61,282 nucleotides of DNA, filler included, from Dimargaris cristalligena (GCA_003614675.1; 5 parts of 5 records of this genome joined end to end with filler, not necessarily neighbours in it), one strand, 5' to 3'. Shown: positions 24,617 through 37,723, counted from the whole stretch's first letter. Made by a program: numbers and translations. The notes: a model not told the origin generated them from the letters alone.

Positions 24617-26073
24617 TCGAAATCAAAGTGGCACCGGTGGCCCGGGCAATACGGCGCAGATCGTCCTTGTTGCAGCGACGGACAGCAATGGCACCGGCTT
24701 CGACGAAAAGCTTCAGGCACATGTCGTCAATACCCTTGGTGGTCAGCACCACGTTGGCACCGGTGGCCAGGATCTTGCGGATCCGTTCCGTGGTGATCTC
24801 GGCCTCACTAGGGTGGTTAGGCGGATAAATAATGGTGAAGGTTAGTATTAAGATTAAACAGGAAGTCGGCTATACCACCATGTATACGGTCCATATATTC
24901 CATAAAATACGGAATCCAGTACTTACCGGCGACGGATGTCTTCCAGCTTGTCGGGGTCGTCCACCACAATGTTCACGCCCAGGTGCATGCGCACCTTCTG
25001 CAGGTTGATATCAAGACAGGCAATCTTAGCATTCGTGATACGGGTCTTCATCGCCTGGGAGGCCACGGTGCAGTTCAAGGCGTAACCCTTGACCAGGGTA
25101 CTTTCCTGGGCACTCTGGCCGTGGGCCTTCAAGATGTTCACCGACTTGACGGGGTACTTGATTTCACCACTCTGGTTGGTGGTCTTGACGGCCAGCATGG
25201 CATCCACCACCATACCGGCGAAAAACTGGGAGTGGGTCCCGATGATCTTACTGGCCATACTGGTCTTGGCCACGTTGACCAGGCAACCCCGGCCCAAAGC
25301 TTCGGTCTTGGTGGTCAATTGATCCGCAATGAACTTGCAGGCCTCCTTACTGGCCAGCCGGTACCCGGCGATCACGGTGGTGGGGTGGATTTTGTTCTTG
25401 ACCAACTCGTTGGCCCGGCGGAGCAGTTCGGAGGCAATGATCACGACCGACGTGGTACCGTCACCGACCTCTTCGTCCTGACGATGGGCGAGTTCAACCA
25501 GGACACGGCCGGCCGGGTGCTCGACTTCGAGTAGACTGAGGATGGTCGCTCCGTCGTTGGAAATGGTGACATCGCCGATTTCGTCGACTAACATCTTATC
25601 GAGACCAACCGGTCCGAGGGAGGACTTGACGACGTTGGCAATGGACATGGCGGCCATCACTAAATCAAGGCCGGTGGATAGACGGGGGAAGGGGAGGGAG
25701 TCAAATAAAAAAGAGGTTAATATCGTACGAGGGAGGCACCTTAAGCGATATCTCGTTGGTAGAGTGCTTGGGGTAGGAATAGACCCACCAACCGCTAGGG
25801 GCCAGTCGGGGAAGCAACTCGCGGATCGTTCATCTGTTTTTGGGTAAAGGCCACTAACCCGAGCCCGAGGATTTCCTCCACTCGAACCGGAGTCTACTGG
25901 CCGATGGCCGAGTATCGATATCCTGGAATGCATATCCAGCCTACGCAGAACAATTTCTTTAAGTGGTGCTTTGCAGGATGACTTCTCTTACCGTTCTGGG
26001 CGCGAACCTCGGCACCGGTGGTCCGCTCGCCGCCGATGGCCAAGGAGTTGCTTGAACTATCCTGGGAATACAT
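24617..26073 (-). CDS. TCP1: T-complex protein 1 subunit alpha (CCT1), 3' partial; exons 26073-25992, 25659-24927, 24807-<24617
   Basis: Motifs [43 protein letters not shown] donors and AG acceptors keep the frame. Confidence 0.95.
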
Positions 26074-27602
26074 TGTATGTGCTAAGGGCTAGATGAGTAG
26101 GAGGGAACGAATATAACACTAGTAGTAAGGTATAGGAATGGTGAGCAGAAAGAGCAACCCTAGGGAATGGACAAAGGGGATCGGGTAAGTGGAGAAAGGC
26201 AAGGGTTGAAGAGCAAGTGAAGTGGAGTCTGATCAGGTCAACTATACTTGGAAAAAACCAGCGGCCAAAGCGAATCTAGTTGGTCGGAGTGTATGTGTGT
26301 GTTAACAGAGGGGTCAATGAGCTCGAGTGCCAGCAAAGGATCTCGCTTAGGTTTGTGTTAGTCAGAACTTTGGGTGAGTATTGAAGGGTTCGGGCTTCTG
26401 CTAGCTGTTGTCCCATGGGCTGGACTTGCTCCGCTTGGTCTCAAGGTCCAGTCTCCGCATGCTACGGACTACCCCGTACCTAAAGAGCCTTTAAATCACG
26501 TGCGCAGCCCCAATACTAACTACTACCTCCTCCACTGTCACAAAGCCCTACAACATCCATAGTCCAAGCGATTTAGATATACTGATCAAGAGCGGCTCCA
26601 GCTGGACTCATTTCACCACTGCCTAGATACGGTAGGCCAGGAGACTAACCGTTTAGGAGTACTGAATTAGCCGACATGAGAAGGCTCCTGCAGCTTCACC
26701 GTCACCTGCCAAACCACCATATCTCGATATCATTTACCTGTTCCCCACTCAATCCGCCCCATTATTCAGCCGGATTCTTCAGTTGTATTATAGCCAACCC
26801 CTTGATTATATCGGGTTAAAACTTCCCTATCAGCTCACGTCGTCATACACCTTCCGGTTGCCCCAATCCGCCTGCCTAGAAATGGACATCGACTTCATAT
26901 CCTCAGTTTCGACTGATACAGGATATTTTTGGAGGCCAGGGCTGCCAAGCTAGTCAAGACAGCGACGTCGGAATCGTAGCTACCGTAGCGACTACTACCA
27001 AGTACACTCGCAGTATACAATTCAGCCGCTGCATTTGTAAAAGTGACATCCTCCCTTCGAGGGTAAACTGAGGAATGGGGAACCGAGCTCAACGTGTGCA
27101 TCCAATCCTACATATTAGAAAGGTTATGTTGGAGTGGAGCACCACCGCAGTCGCCTAGTTATTGGACTAGGTAAAATACTAATCCCCACTAAAGAAATAA
27201 AGCCTTAGCAATTCGATTGATGCTGGATGACTCGGCTTTGGGTGGGAGCCAACTGGCACCTGTTTATCCCCCACTGGCAATCATAATTATTTAACTTGAG
27301 ACCCTCGGTTTATGTATTTGAGTGTAAACTGATAAGCACCACAGCCTTTATATGGTAAAGATCATTTCACTGATGACTCGTGGTTAGCTCACAGCCAGGA
27401 CTCAAGTCGAATCCACTACGAACATTGGAAACAATCCGCTCGCTACTGATCATGCAAAATAATACTAATAGTAATAGTAATAGCAATAGTAAATGGACGG
27501 GCGCTCTACTCGAGCTAGGGTTCACAGGTGGCACAGAAGAAGGCGTTCCTTTGAATAGTGATGTGTGATATAGTTAATTGGTAGGAGAGAGACTGCTCAA
27601 CT

Positions 27603-29235
27603 TCATTCAGTAGGAGATGCATTTCCTGAGGGCAAAGTCACATCAAGTTCCACTCCCACACCATAATGGTCCGAAATTTGGTGGAAATAATCACTTGGGT
27701 GGATCTCCTCGGTTAAAATCGGCACAATGATGGCCCGCTGGGGCTTAATGACAGTAGTCGAGGCGGGTGGGGGGGTTGAATAGGAGGACTTCAATGAATC
27801 GGAATCCGTCGAATCGTCAGGGCCTTTCCCATTCGACCGCGGACTGGCTCCATGGGTCGCCCGGCCGTCTATCCACAGGGCGTAGTCTAACCGCTGGCAC
27901 GAGCAGTGGGCCTCACTGCCCGTCAATACCGTATCCCGGGGAGTGAGGTTCCCATCCTCGGCCACTTTCACGTCACCGAAAGTCACGGGGTGGTAGCCTA
28001 ACATATCGAACACCAAGTCGCGAAACGGTAATGGAGGGGCCAGGGATAAATCACTGGCCCCTGGGCTCCGACCATTGGCGTTCCCCGGCGGACCGTCGTA
28101 ACCGCCGCCCCGCAGGATAGTAAGCATGGCGGCATATTCCTCACTGGACCGAGTATCCGTTAGGTTTTCGGTCGTACCATCATGCACCCGCGCATCCACA
28201 TTCAAATCACCCAGGAGTAAAACCGGCTCGCCAGCGGGTCGGGATTGCGTCTTGGTCCGGATAAAATGGTGAAGCATTAGAAACTGCTTGCGTCGAATTA
28301 CCACAGTGGGATCGTTAAGGGACAGAACAGGGGCGTAGGAGGCTTGGGTATGGGTGGTGAACAGATGCAAGTGCAGCGTGGGCTGGAGGGCAATGCGAGT
28401 GTATATGGCCCCCTTGGCGGCCAGCCTAAAGGTGGAGGAGGAGGGGGGGTTCAAGTTACACCAAGATATTTCAGCCCAAGGAACAATAATAGAGCAAGAG
28501 AAATCGAACAGTTGGGTGGGGGGAGGTTAGAATGGTATTAGCAGGCTTGTGGAGCGTCGATTGACGAATTAAGAAGGCATAGTTGCGAAACTCCGGGAAT
28601 CTAAATGGATATTCCGAATTAATCAATCCAGGCTTCGGATCCCTTCTTTTGGTGCATCTCCGTAATAATGAAGTGCTTAGAAGAGACAGGGCTTTCCCGA
28701 ATCCAATAGATAGCATGTTAGTCGCCTGATCGTTTCCGCTTGGGCAAATGGTGTAGAGCTCCACAACCAACCTTCACCCACCAACCGGAGTACTAAGAAC
28801 ACCCCAAACTTACCAGTCGCTGTATTTTCCCCGTGGGTACCGAATGGCGTCCGTTTGGACGATGGGAAGCCGGCTAATGGTCAGTAGTCCGCCGTCGATG
28901 GCGAGGTTCCACAGCGACTGCTCGCGACTTCCGTACCAGTGGGTGTAGCCCAATTGCCGGGCGGCCTGGATAATACGGGCCCGGCGGTCGCTACCGAAGG
29001 CAAATAGTTCCTGGAAACAAACAACATCGTAATTGGGTAAGACATGGTCAATGACGTACTGGACCCGGGCGTCCTTAAAGTCCGACGCATTGGTTTTGAT
29101 TCCCGGCGGACGAATGAATAGATTAATAGTCAGAATGCGAATAGACTGCGTATGGGCAGTAGCACTTGCGGCCGTGGGGGTGGTGCCCATTGTAGTCGCG
29201 GCGTTATTGGCGGGGATTACGGGTGAGTCCTCCAT
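27603..29235 (-). CDS. Endonuclease/exonuclease/phosphatase family, neutral sphingomyelinase-like; exons 29235-28814 and 28425-27603 (414 aa)
   Basis: Motifs LTIN, CFQELF, DGGL, AKG, THTQA, LLGDLN, RLDY, ISDHYGV; splicing gives DW|LAAKG. Confidence 0.88.
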
Positions 29236-31029
29236 GGCGTCGCTGGTCTGTACGGAAGAATGAAGCGGCGGGAGAATCGATAATAGTGTGAATGAGGGGG
29301 AGAAAAAGTCAAAAAGAGTGGGTTAAATGAGTTCTTCCGCCAATAAAAAAAAGGAGGTGCGACCAAACTATAGCCGGGGAGGTGGGCTTGGCAAAGAGCG
29401 AGTAGCGCGGGTGGGGGAAAGGGCAGCAGGCAGTGGGGGATATCCCTCTAACCAGCGAACTTATAGTAAGTAAAGGAAAGCAAATTGTAGGGGTAAGATT
29501 GGGAGTAAGCCTTACCAGGACCCAAGACATTCTGTATGCAAAGGAGTACGGGAGGTAGAGCCCCTGCGCTACTCGCAGCAGGTCCACAATGCGGAAGCAC
29601 CGGCGGGCTTGCCATAGTGGCTCCGACACCCGATTGGTCTCGAAGGATTCGGCCCAGAGTGAATACCGGGTGTTCGCCTATAAACCAGAAGTGTATTGAT
29701 AAGGAGCGAGTAGTCCAGCTAGGCCAGGTCTCGAGCAGTAGCCCGGTCCCCTATTCACCGGGTACTGGGAATCATACGCTTGGTATATTTGACCAACATA
29801 TCCAACTCTAGGGGGGGAGTACGTTTCTTGAGCAGCGGGGATGGTAATAATTGTTTCATTGGTTCACCTCATCTATTTAACGATACTATCTAGGGTATTG
29901 TCCGGCTAGGATATACACCTTTAGTGACTCTCCTACAGGCAATAACCATCCCCACATATAACTGCTAGCGACACCCAAAGCCAACAGGCCGAACCTTCAC
30001 TATATATAACTAGTTGCGTTGCTTTGTAGAGTATGGTGCCAGCATTAAGCATTGCTTAAACCCCCAAACCGGTTTGGGGGACTCGGGTAAAGGAAACCCC
30101 GGGATTATAGGTATCGTTTGGGATGGCATAATATCACCTGTGAACTTAAAAGCCCCTGACTAGCGTTGGAATGTGTGTGATTAAAATAATACCGGGCCAA
30201 CAGGCACTCCACATACTAGTGGCCTATCTACTGCACATAAAACCGGACTTAAACCTTAGTATACACTTTATATCCAGTCGGTTTCACCAGCGTGTATATG
30301 GAGGGATCACGTTAATCATGTCCACCAGAGAATGGATCCCTGGGCAATTTAACCTGGTTTCAGGATTCAGTGAAGGAACCAGTATAAAATATATGGTGGT
30401 TTTTCCACCCTCTCATTGGGAGATAAGCTCCGACGTTAATTAAGAGGCGCGAGCCCTGCCTAAAAAAAACAGCGATTGGCTATTTCCCTTCACACCCTCC
30501 CCATTCATTTAATGGTTTGTGATGGTCAACGTAATCCATTTTATTCATCAACATCTCTCACACTATCACATACCCCACGTAATTTGTCATCTGGTTCCGA
30601 AGAGGCATAGGCTGGCAACCTTGGTACTGAAATGGCTTTTCAGTGGATGAACCATTAGTGTTTCTTACCTACCCTTTTATTTCTCCTTTTAACCATTATT
30701 TTTTTAGACATATTTATCACTCTAGTAGCTTTATCTGTACCCTAGGCCTACTATGGCCCACCTTTTTTGTACAACACTCACTTATATCCAATTCTAGTAA
30801 ATTTTTTCTTTCAAAAAGCGGTCCTCGTACATGACCTCGTTTTTGAGCCTACTTTTCTCCTCGAGTTTGAAAACATCGTCGCAGGTTCAAGTTAACGCTC
30901 TCTCCCCCCGTCGTATTCTATTGCGTACACCTTACCCACCGCAATCAATACAGTTTCTCTAGAGGCCGTTTATAAATCCGTTCCAGCTGCATACCTTAAT
31001 TCCCCCAATATTACTAGGTCACCCGAAAA

Positions 31030-32464
31030 ATGGCTGTACCATCCCAAGCGTCGGTGGAAAACAAGCAAGTTAGTAATGACCCCGAAAAACGGCCCCTTAC
31101 CCACAATACTGATGAAATACTGACCACTTCCGAAAGTGGTTCATCCCTAAATGATCTTCCCAGTGTTGGCATTGCCTCTCCGGAGCAGCCAGGCCGGCGG
31201 AAAAGTCTTCGGCGCCGCATAAAAGGCATTTACAAGGCATCCGTGGCCATTTTCACCGACTACGGGTCTCCCGATATAGAACGCTGGGTCACCTCCAACC
31301 TCGTTTCTCCCCGCACCCTGCTGCTGGTTCGGGTGCTTATCCTCCTGTTTTCCTTAGCGACCACCGTGTGTTTGTTCGTCTACGAGGGCTATACATTCTT
31401 CTACTATTTTACCGACTGGTCCTTTTTGGGACTAACTCTCTATTTCATTGTAAGTACGGAAACTTTATTTTACTAATATCTCGAAGACACCGGGAGGAAG
31501 TGGAACAATGGCAAAGCATTAGGCCCCTTAGACCCCTTTGGTGGGAAAGATTTGAGCCCACCTGGTGCTGTTACTGGGCATGCCTTTGAACTGTCGACAT
31601 CCACTCGATCTTATACATATACCCTTAAACGGAGTGCACCTAATACCAGCCCAGCTCTAATTTTTGGCCAATTGGGCACTATACTAAAACTCTGCAGTTT
31701 GGAGAAGTGGCCAAATGAATGGCGCCATTGCCCCCTGCATATGCACACAATATCCCACCAAATGCCAAATTGGATGTGGGATCTCGAGGACCAGTCATCG
31801 GAGGATGCGGTCCAAGTAAGATCACATATAATTTTACTAATACTTATTATTAACCACAATCCTTTATACATTTTTCCAGATGGCCGTCACCATATCGGCA
31901 GTATACTGTTGGCATGGGGAGTCCGTCTCCGCCCTTGACCGATGGCTACCCAAACCACGACCCCTCCGCCTCGCCTACTGGATTTGGTACGAGAGTTTCG
32001 CCACCTTCCATCTACTCGTGCCCATAATCTATTGGGCGGCTCTATCACGTGGGTTTAAGACGGACACCCCCCTCATTACCTATTGCAGTCTTGCGCCCCA
32101 CTCCCTCGATTTGGTGATACTCATCATCGAACAAACCCTCAACCGCATGCGTTTCTATCCCAGCCATGTTGTATTTATCGTTGCCGTCTTGGCCGGCTAT
32201 TTAGTTCTGACATACGTTATCCTCGCTGCCGATGGTGTCTATGTGTATATATTTTTGGATTATAGGGAGTACCACGGGTTCGTTGTCCTTTTTCTGCTCG
32301 GCTTTTTAGTTGGTACTATTGTTCTATTTTACATTCAAGTTTGGCTGCATACTCGAAGGGACCGGTGGGTGGTTCGGTTATTCAGGAAATCCCCTTATGT
32401 AAGTGCGGCCGATAATAGAACCACTTTGGAGGAAGAAGATAAAGAATCTGTCGAGACTGCCTAA
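31030..32464 (+). CDS. Multi-pass membrane protein, rolling-stone/FAR-17a-AIG1-like; exons 31030-31449 and 31880-32464 (334 aa)
   Basis: Hydrophobic helices with YFTDWS, IYWAAL, PHSLD, EQTLNRM, VYIFLD; phase-0 intron GTAAGT...TACTAAT...CAG. Confidence 0.8.
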
Positions 32465-34814
32465 AGTCAGTTAGACGCATGCGCTTCAGCGGTCATGTTT
32501 TTATGCCCATTGGCTACACCACCTTGTCACTGGCTAGTTGTGGAGGTAATGTATTAAATAAGCCAAATTGGGTAATTATGGGCTGTACTACACCCAATAG
32601 TCCCCGTACATTGGGATTAATAAACGATTCAACGAATTATACACACAAGGTTATAAATAAAATAAAAAGTATTTTGGGGATGATATGCGTTATGGATAAG
32701 GGGACTTGGTGGCCTAGTTTGAAAAATAAGAGTTGCGATATTGATTAGGCAAATTAGTGTAGCAAATCGTCGGATCGGTAGCCAGTTTATCTTCGCTATA
32801 TATACATGTTAGTATGTGCGAATAGTTAGTTAGCTGGAAGTAATAGGATACTTCTAGCTCAACTTATGTAATCCGAAAAATATAAACAACCTAGAAATTG
32901 TGGCTGGTACAGTACGATCAGAGCTTGCGATAAAAATAACGACAACACTGACCCTCTCGCTACGGCACCAACTTTAATATCCCAGAATGCTCCATTGTGA
33001 GCCTATACTATAAACGGTTCGCTTAAACCATGAACAACTCACGCATTAAATATTTTGCCTCTCGAAATATCGTTGCAGATAATATGCACCGACCGTACCG
33101 TTGGTGAGGTCACTTTTCCGTTCGATATCCAATCGATACCTCTACTCAAAAGTCGAATATTACATTTCCGTCATAATATTCCAATATTTCTGTTCACCAA
33201 AAATGCCTGGAAAACCAACACCACGGTCCCTACTTACATTTTGGGGATTGAATATTGTGTTAGCTGTCGAGTGACGGGTTTGCTATACGAGTGCACCTAG
33301 CCGTAAATTAAATTACCAATGACTATGGGCCTAGGTACCAACCGGGCGGAATCTGTTTGGGTTTATTTTTGCCATATTGCTCTGCAGCTTGGCCCGGCCC
33401 GTAGCTCCCAACATACGGCGCGCTAGATTTAAAAATATCTAACAATCATGCATGTTACACACAGCACACTGTGGAATAACCGGATCCATTCGAACCAAAG
33501 TACTAATATATAAACTGGGGCCGGCCAGCCACTCCATACCAACTTAGTCCACACTTCCGCAGGCTGAACTTAATCCTGAAACTGCAGGGTTCTGTCTTCC
33601 ATCAACCCTTATTCCGATTGGAGGCTAGCGACTCAGGCTGAATAGTCGTGCAACATGGCTGAGAAATAGGTGGCCCTTTTAACTAGGCCCTGCCTTCAGT
33701 ACATTGGTGTGATGGAGCCAAAACCATTGACCAAAAGGGAATCTGACCTAGATACACTACTAATATAGCTACCAATTCCCGGATATATTGCCATTGGTTA
33801 ATAAATCCTAGTATACCAAAATCCGGAAAATGCATGATGCATATGCTTCAGGAGGGTGCTTACTGGTCGCCACGTCTTATAGGTTGCTTTTTTTATTACA
33901 CACTTCCAGTACAAAGTATTTCCAGCTGATTATGTTCGATAAAGGATCCGGTATCATACACATAGTTCAGGGGGGGGGGGGAACTCTAACAACATGGTTG
34001 ATATCACCCACATAATAAATCCCCAACCTAAGATCCTGTAGGGGAGTATTCTCCTTAGTAAATGACCTAGCCGCTGTGTGGCCAAGTCTTGACGTGCCAC
34101 TTATTTCTCTTTAAAAGCGGGCTTGTCTAACCACTGTACCTCGTACGTTTGTAACGTCTAGGGAATCCGACACAGTTAAATGGGTATAAGGCCGACAACC
34201 GCTTTAGTGATTATCGGTATTGGCCGGAAGTTCATCGATTTATAAATCCGGATATCAAAATTCTATGTTAGGATGCAGATTAGGACTTATAAAGTGAAAT
34301 AACGTAAAACAATTCATACACTGAGATGAAGCGATGGCCTTTACTTCAACTGCATACATCGGTTGTACATGTAATTTCCACAAATCTACCAAAATAACAT
34401 TGTTTCCATTTACTTCTACATAGCGTAAAGGTGGACTATAGGCCTTGATCATCTACACGGTTATGGTCTAAATAACCAAAGCGCTCTATGGTTGCTGATG
34501 GAAGCCAAAATGGTTACACTGGTGAAGGTCCGGTCTTCCTTCAGCTGATGCCTAGGGCAACTTGACAATCCGATGAAGGGTCATTGGTCTAAAGGGAGGG
34601 GAGGGGCATGCCTATAATCGGTCTTAGTGAAGCCCCAACACGTCAAATACCTAGTCGTTCCCATCACAATACATAAATACTTGGGTTCGTCGCTCCTTCA
34701 TAACCCAACCAACAGCAGCCCAGTCCGCTGGATTTGAGGATTATCGACGTTTGTTACTTTTCTTCCTCCATAACCATTTCATTCACTCACCCGTTCCATC
34801 ACCCACTAACCATC

Positions 34815-35423
34815 ATGAAGTTGTTTACCATTAGCACCCTGGCCCTCGCTGTCTCGCCCGCCCTCGCCAGCAGTCTTCCCGCCGTTCCGAGTACCAACTC
34901 CTGCCAATTCCCCCCTCAAATCCCTCGTGGGATGAAATCGGCGGTGGCGGAGGTTACAGGCTCTCTGTGCCGCTTTGGCCCGACCCAAGCCCGGGTCCTT
35001 GTAGAAGATTTTATTCAGGAAAAGGGTTACGCCGGTCAGGCCTGTGCTGACCAGGCGGAATGCGCCCGACGTCTAGCTGAACTGGCCGACTACGTGGCGA
35101 GCAAGTCCGGGACCCCATCGACGGCATTTTTTTCCGAGGATGTCACCGCTACTGGTCAGGATAGTTCCGTTGGACCAACCCTACATCGCCGCCAAGAAAG
35201 AAATTATAGACTTCGTACAACCAAACAAATATTCGAGTGGGATGAAATGGATGACTGTTGCGGATGTTCCGGAGAGACATGTTGTTTGATTACTTTCATA
35301 CCTTGTGGCATATACGAGATATTCATAGTCGGCCCCTTTAACTATATATTGGATGCGGTATCCCGCGATGTTCGTAATATTAACGAGGCGTCGCGTGAGG
35401 AAAGCCGGGACAAAACTGAATAG
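34815..35423 (+). CDS. Secreted prepro-protein with LHRR site and Cys-rich hydrophobic C-terminal peptide (202 aa)
   Basis: Signal peptide MKLFTISTLALAVSPALA; dibasic HRR; CCGCSGETCCLITFIPCGIYEIFIVGPF; AATAAA at ~35588. Confidence 0.75.
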   Translation: MKLFTISTLALAVSPALASSLPAVPSTNSCQFPPQIPRGMKSAVAEVTGSLCRFGPTQARVLVEDFIQEKGYAGQACADQAECARRLAELADYVASKSGTPSTAFFSEDVTATGQDSSVGPTLHRRQERNYRLRTTKQIFEWDEMDDCCGCSGETCCLITFIPCGIYEIFIVGPFNYILDAVSRDVRNINEASREESRDKTE

Positions 35424-35654
35424 CCTAAAACGTGTATTGTTTTCCTAAGATTTAATCCGAGACAGTATCTGTCCAAGTGCGGCGTTTTAACCATGGCAAT
35501 GATTGCTTAGGCCATTTCATTTTTGACCAATTTTTGAATAACTTTGTAACAAGGGAATGGAAATTTCAACAGCTAGTCGAGATTTTCAATAAAATGAAAT
35601 AGAGATGTCGATCGATTTCTCCAGCGGTCTGGATAAATTGCGCTCACCATGTAC

Positions 35655-35795
35655 ATATGGGAGAAGTTCATTCAGGCAGTATAATGAAAAATCCGTTGGA
35701 TGAGGCAATATTACTGGTTAAAAGCTATTCTCACATGTTCGCCCATACACGTATTATGTAAAGCCTTATACAGCTGATTTGAATTTCATCCATAT
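35655..35795. mobile_element. MITE-like element copy (diverged)
   Basis: ATATGGGAGAAGTTCA...TGAATTTCATCCATAT; colinear with the reverse complement of 138..281. Confidence 0.6.
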
Positions 35796-36399
35796 TCATA
35801 TTTTAGTAGCATGCTAAGTCTGCTGTAGAGTGAAACCCTATTGAATGATAGAATTCCAACATTTATAAAAATTGTACTTAGAGGACACTCAAGACAAGAA
35901 TGCGAGAAGTACTTTAGGCATTGGTATAGTGATGCATATTGGCACAAAGGTAGGTCAACTAGCTATGAGGGTGCTAATGTATAGCTAATTTACTCAAGAA
36001 TAACTATACAGATAGGCACAGCTGGATATAGCCAAGTAGACTAAGGACACACGTGTAGAACCAACCTGGCAATCTCTGGAAAATACTCAGAGAAGGCAAA
36101 ACCTATAGTATGCAAATAATGAAGGTGTAAAAATAAGTGGGATTATTGCACCTGCTAGTCTGGCCTAATGATCCCAATGTTTTACTATCTGAATGGCCTA
36201 TATCAGGTATTTCTGTATCATATTACCTTCCAATGGTAATGCCCAGTCCCATAAGGATCCTATATCCTATCCAGTTGCCACTGTTGTTTACTACTGCTCT
36301 TTTCCACTACTGATTCAAAGACCCTTTCATTCCCACCAGATTCCTCTGTATACCAGCAACCTCTGACTAATACTATTAGTATATCAGAAATTGTGTGAT

Positions 36400-36794
36400 T
36401 ATTGGCCCTCCTAATCCAACTTAATCTGGGCCTAATGATTACCCATCCTTATTAGGCTTTATAGTACCATATCAACCTTCCCATAGTCACCCCTGGTACT
36501 ATAGGTCATCATTTATTATATATCCCTACTTATTCCAACCCCAATGCTTTGCACCCCAAACACCCAACTTGCTGATCCAAGACTCTTCCAGTTCCCATGA
36601 GAGTCTTCCCAATGTGAAGCTATCTGGTTGGATTCTTTACTTATCCATACCTTAGTCTTAGTAGTATTTCCCTTGGGACCTCCCTCTGGAGCTGTCCCTG
36701 CATATATATAACCAGGCCCTACTGGGACTGGTCCAATTCCTTAGCTTATTCCTACCCCTTAGTTTACCTCAATAAACTCTATATACACTCACCC
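36400..36794 (+). mobile_element. LTR copy truncated by the gap
   Basis: Starts TATTGGCCCTCCTAATCC; colinear with 2672..3058. Confidence 0.8.
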
Positions 36795-36894
36795 NNNNNN
36801 NNNNNNNNNNNNNNNNNNNNNNNNNNNNNNNNNNNNNNTTAATTAATTAANNNNNNNNNNNNNNNNNNNNNNNNNNNNNNNNNNNNNNNNNNNN
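36795..36894. other. Assembly gap
   Basis: Directly visible. Confidence 0.99.
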
Positions 36895-37079
36895 CATGGG
36901 AATTGGAAGGCACTAAGATCACCTACGAGTGATTAGTGTGAACTCCGGGGGGCCTGGCCGGTTAAGGGCTATCAATGATGTTCGGCCTGGTTAGGGCCGG
37001 GGGGTATACTATGGCGCTATACGGCCTGATATAATGGCGGTCATATCGGTTGGATTAGGACGGATTAGGAGGGGCGACA
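36895..37079 (-). mobile_element. Diverged, CpG-rich LTR fragment
   Basis: Ends GGATTAGGAGGGGCGACA; contains ATGGCGCTATACGGCCTGAT where other copies have ATGGCACTATAAGGCCTAAT. Confidence 0.7.
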
Positions 37080-37219
37080 ACTATACTAATGAAAATGGAG
37101 GAAAAATGACTATACTTATCAGGGGTAGGGGCAGGGGTGCATTCACTCATCAGGGGCGTAGTTCCAATAAGTATAAAAATAGATAAAAAATAAAAGTAGG
37201 TTAAAATAAGGTAAGTTCA

Positions 37220-37723
37220 CCATAGCTACCCCTAGTACTATGGGATTATCCTATATCATATAACTCTTCCCCTTCTAGACTCTGCCCCTTTACACTAGTT
37301 ACTTAAGTACTAATCCAAAGACTCTTCTGGTTACCATTAGAGTCTTCCAGATACTCACAGCTATCTAGTCAGGCCCAAATATCTATCCTATAATTTTAGT
37401 AGTATCCTTCCCTCAGGACAACCCTCTAGAGTTGTCCCTGTATATATAAAACTGGGCCCTTTTGGGACCAGTTAGTTTCCTCAGCTTATTCTTACCCCCA
37501 GCTTACCCCTAATAAACTCTATATATACTTACCCCCTCCTATACTAACTAATAAGTGTGCCCACTGCACATCCCTTGCATATACCTACCATAGCCTTTAT
37601 TAGTTAGTATTATGCCTGTAGCTGATGCTAGTAGCCCACTTAGCTGAGCCTAAAGCCCTGCCTACCATTAGAAGCCTATCCTTGGGACTCTTGATGGACT
37701 AAGAGAGATTAACCCAGGCAATA
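37220..37723 (+). mobile_element. 5'-truncated LTR copy
   Basis: Colinear with 2753..3246; ends AACCCAGGCAATA. Confidence 0.8.

Noticed and set aside
25850-25885. RNase MRP/P, telomerase template or TPP riboswitch identity for the TCP1 intron
   Set aside because: Only partial motif matches (GGAAATCCTCGG; CTAACCC); the required partner motifs were not found.
25660-25933. N-terminal part of the 336-aa ORF in the track
   Set aside because: It is TCP1 intron 1 read through; the true exon 1 is 26073-25992.
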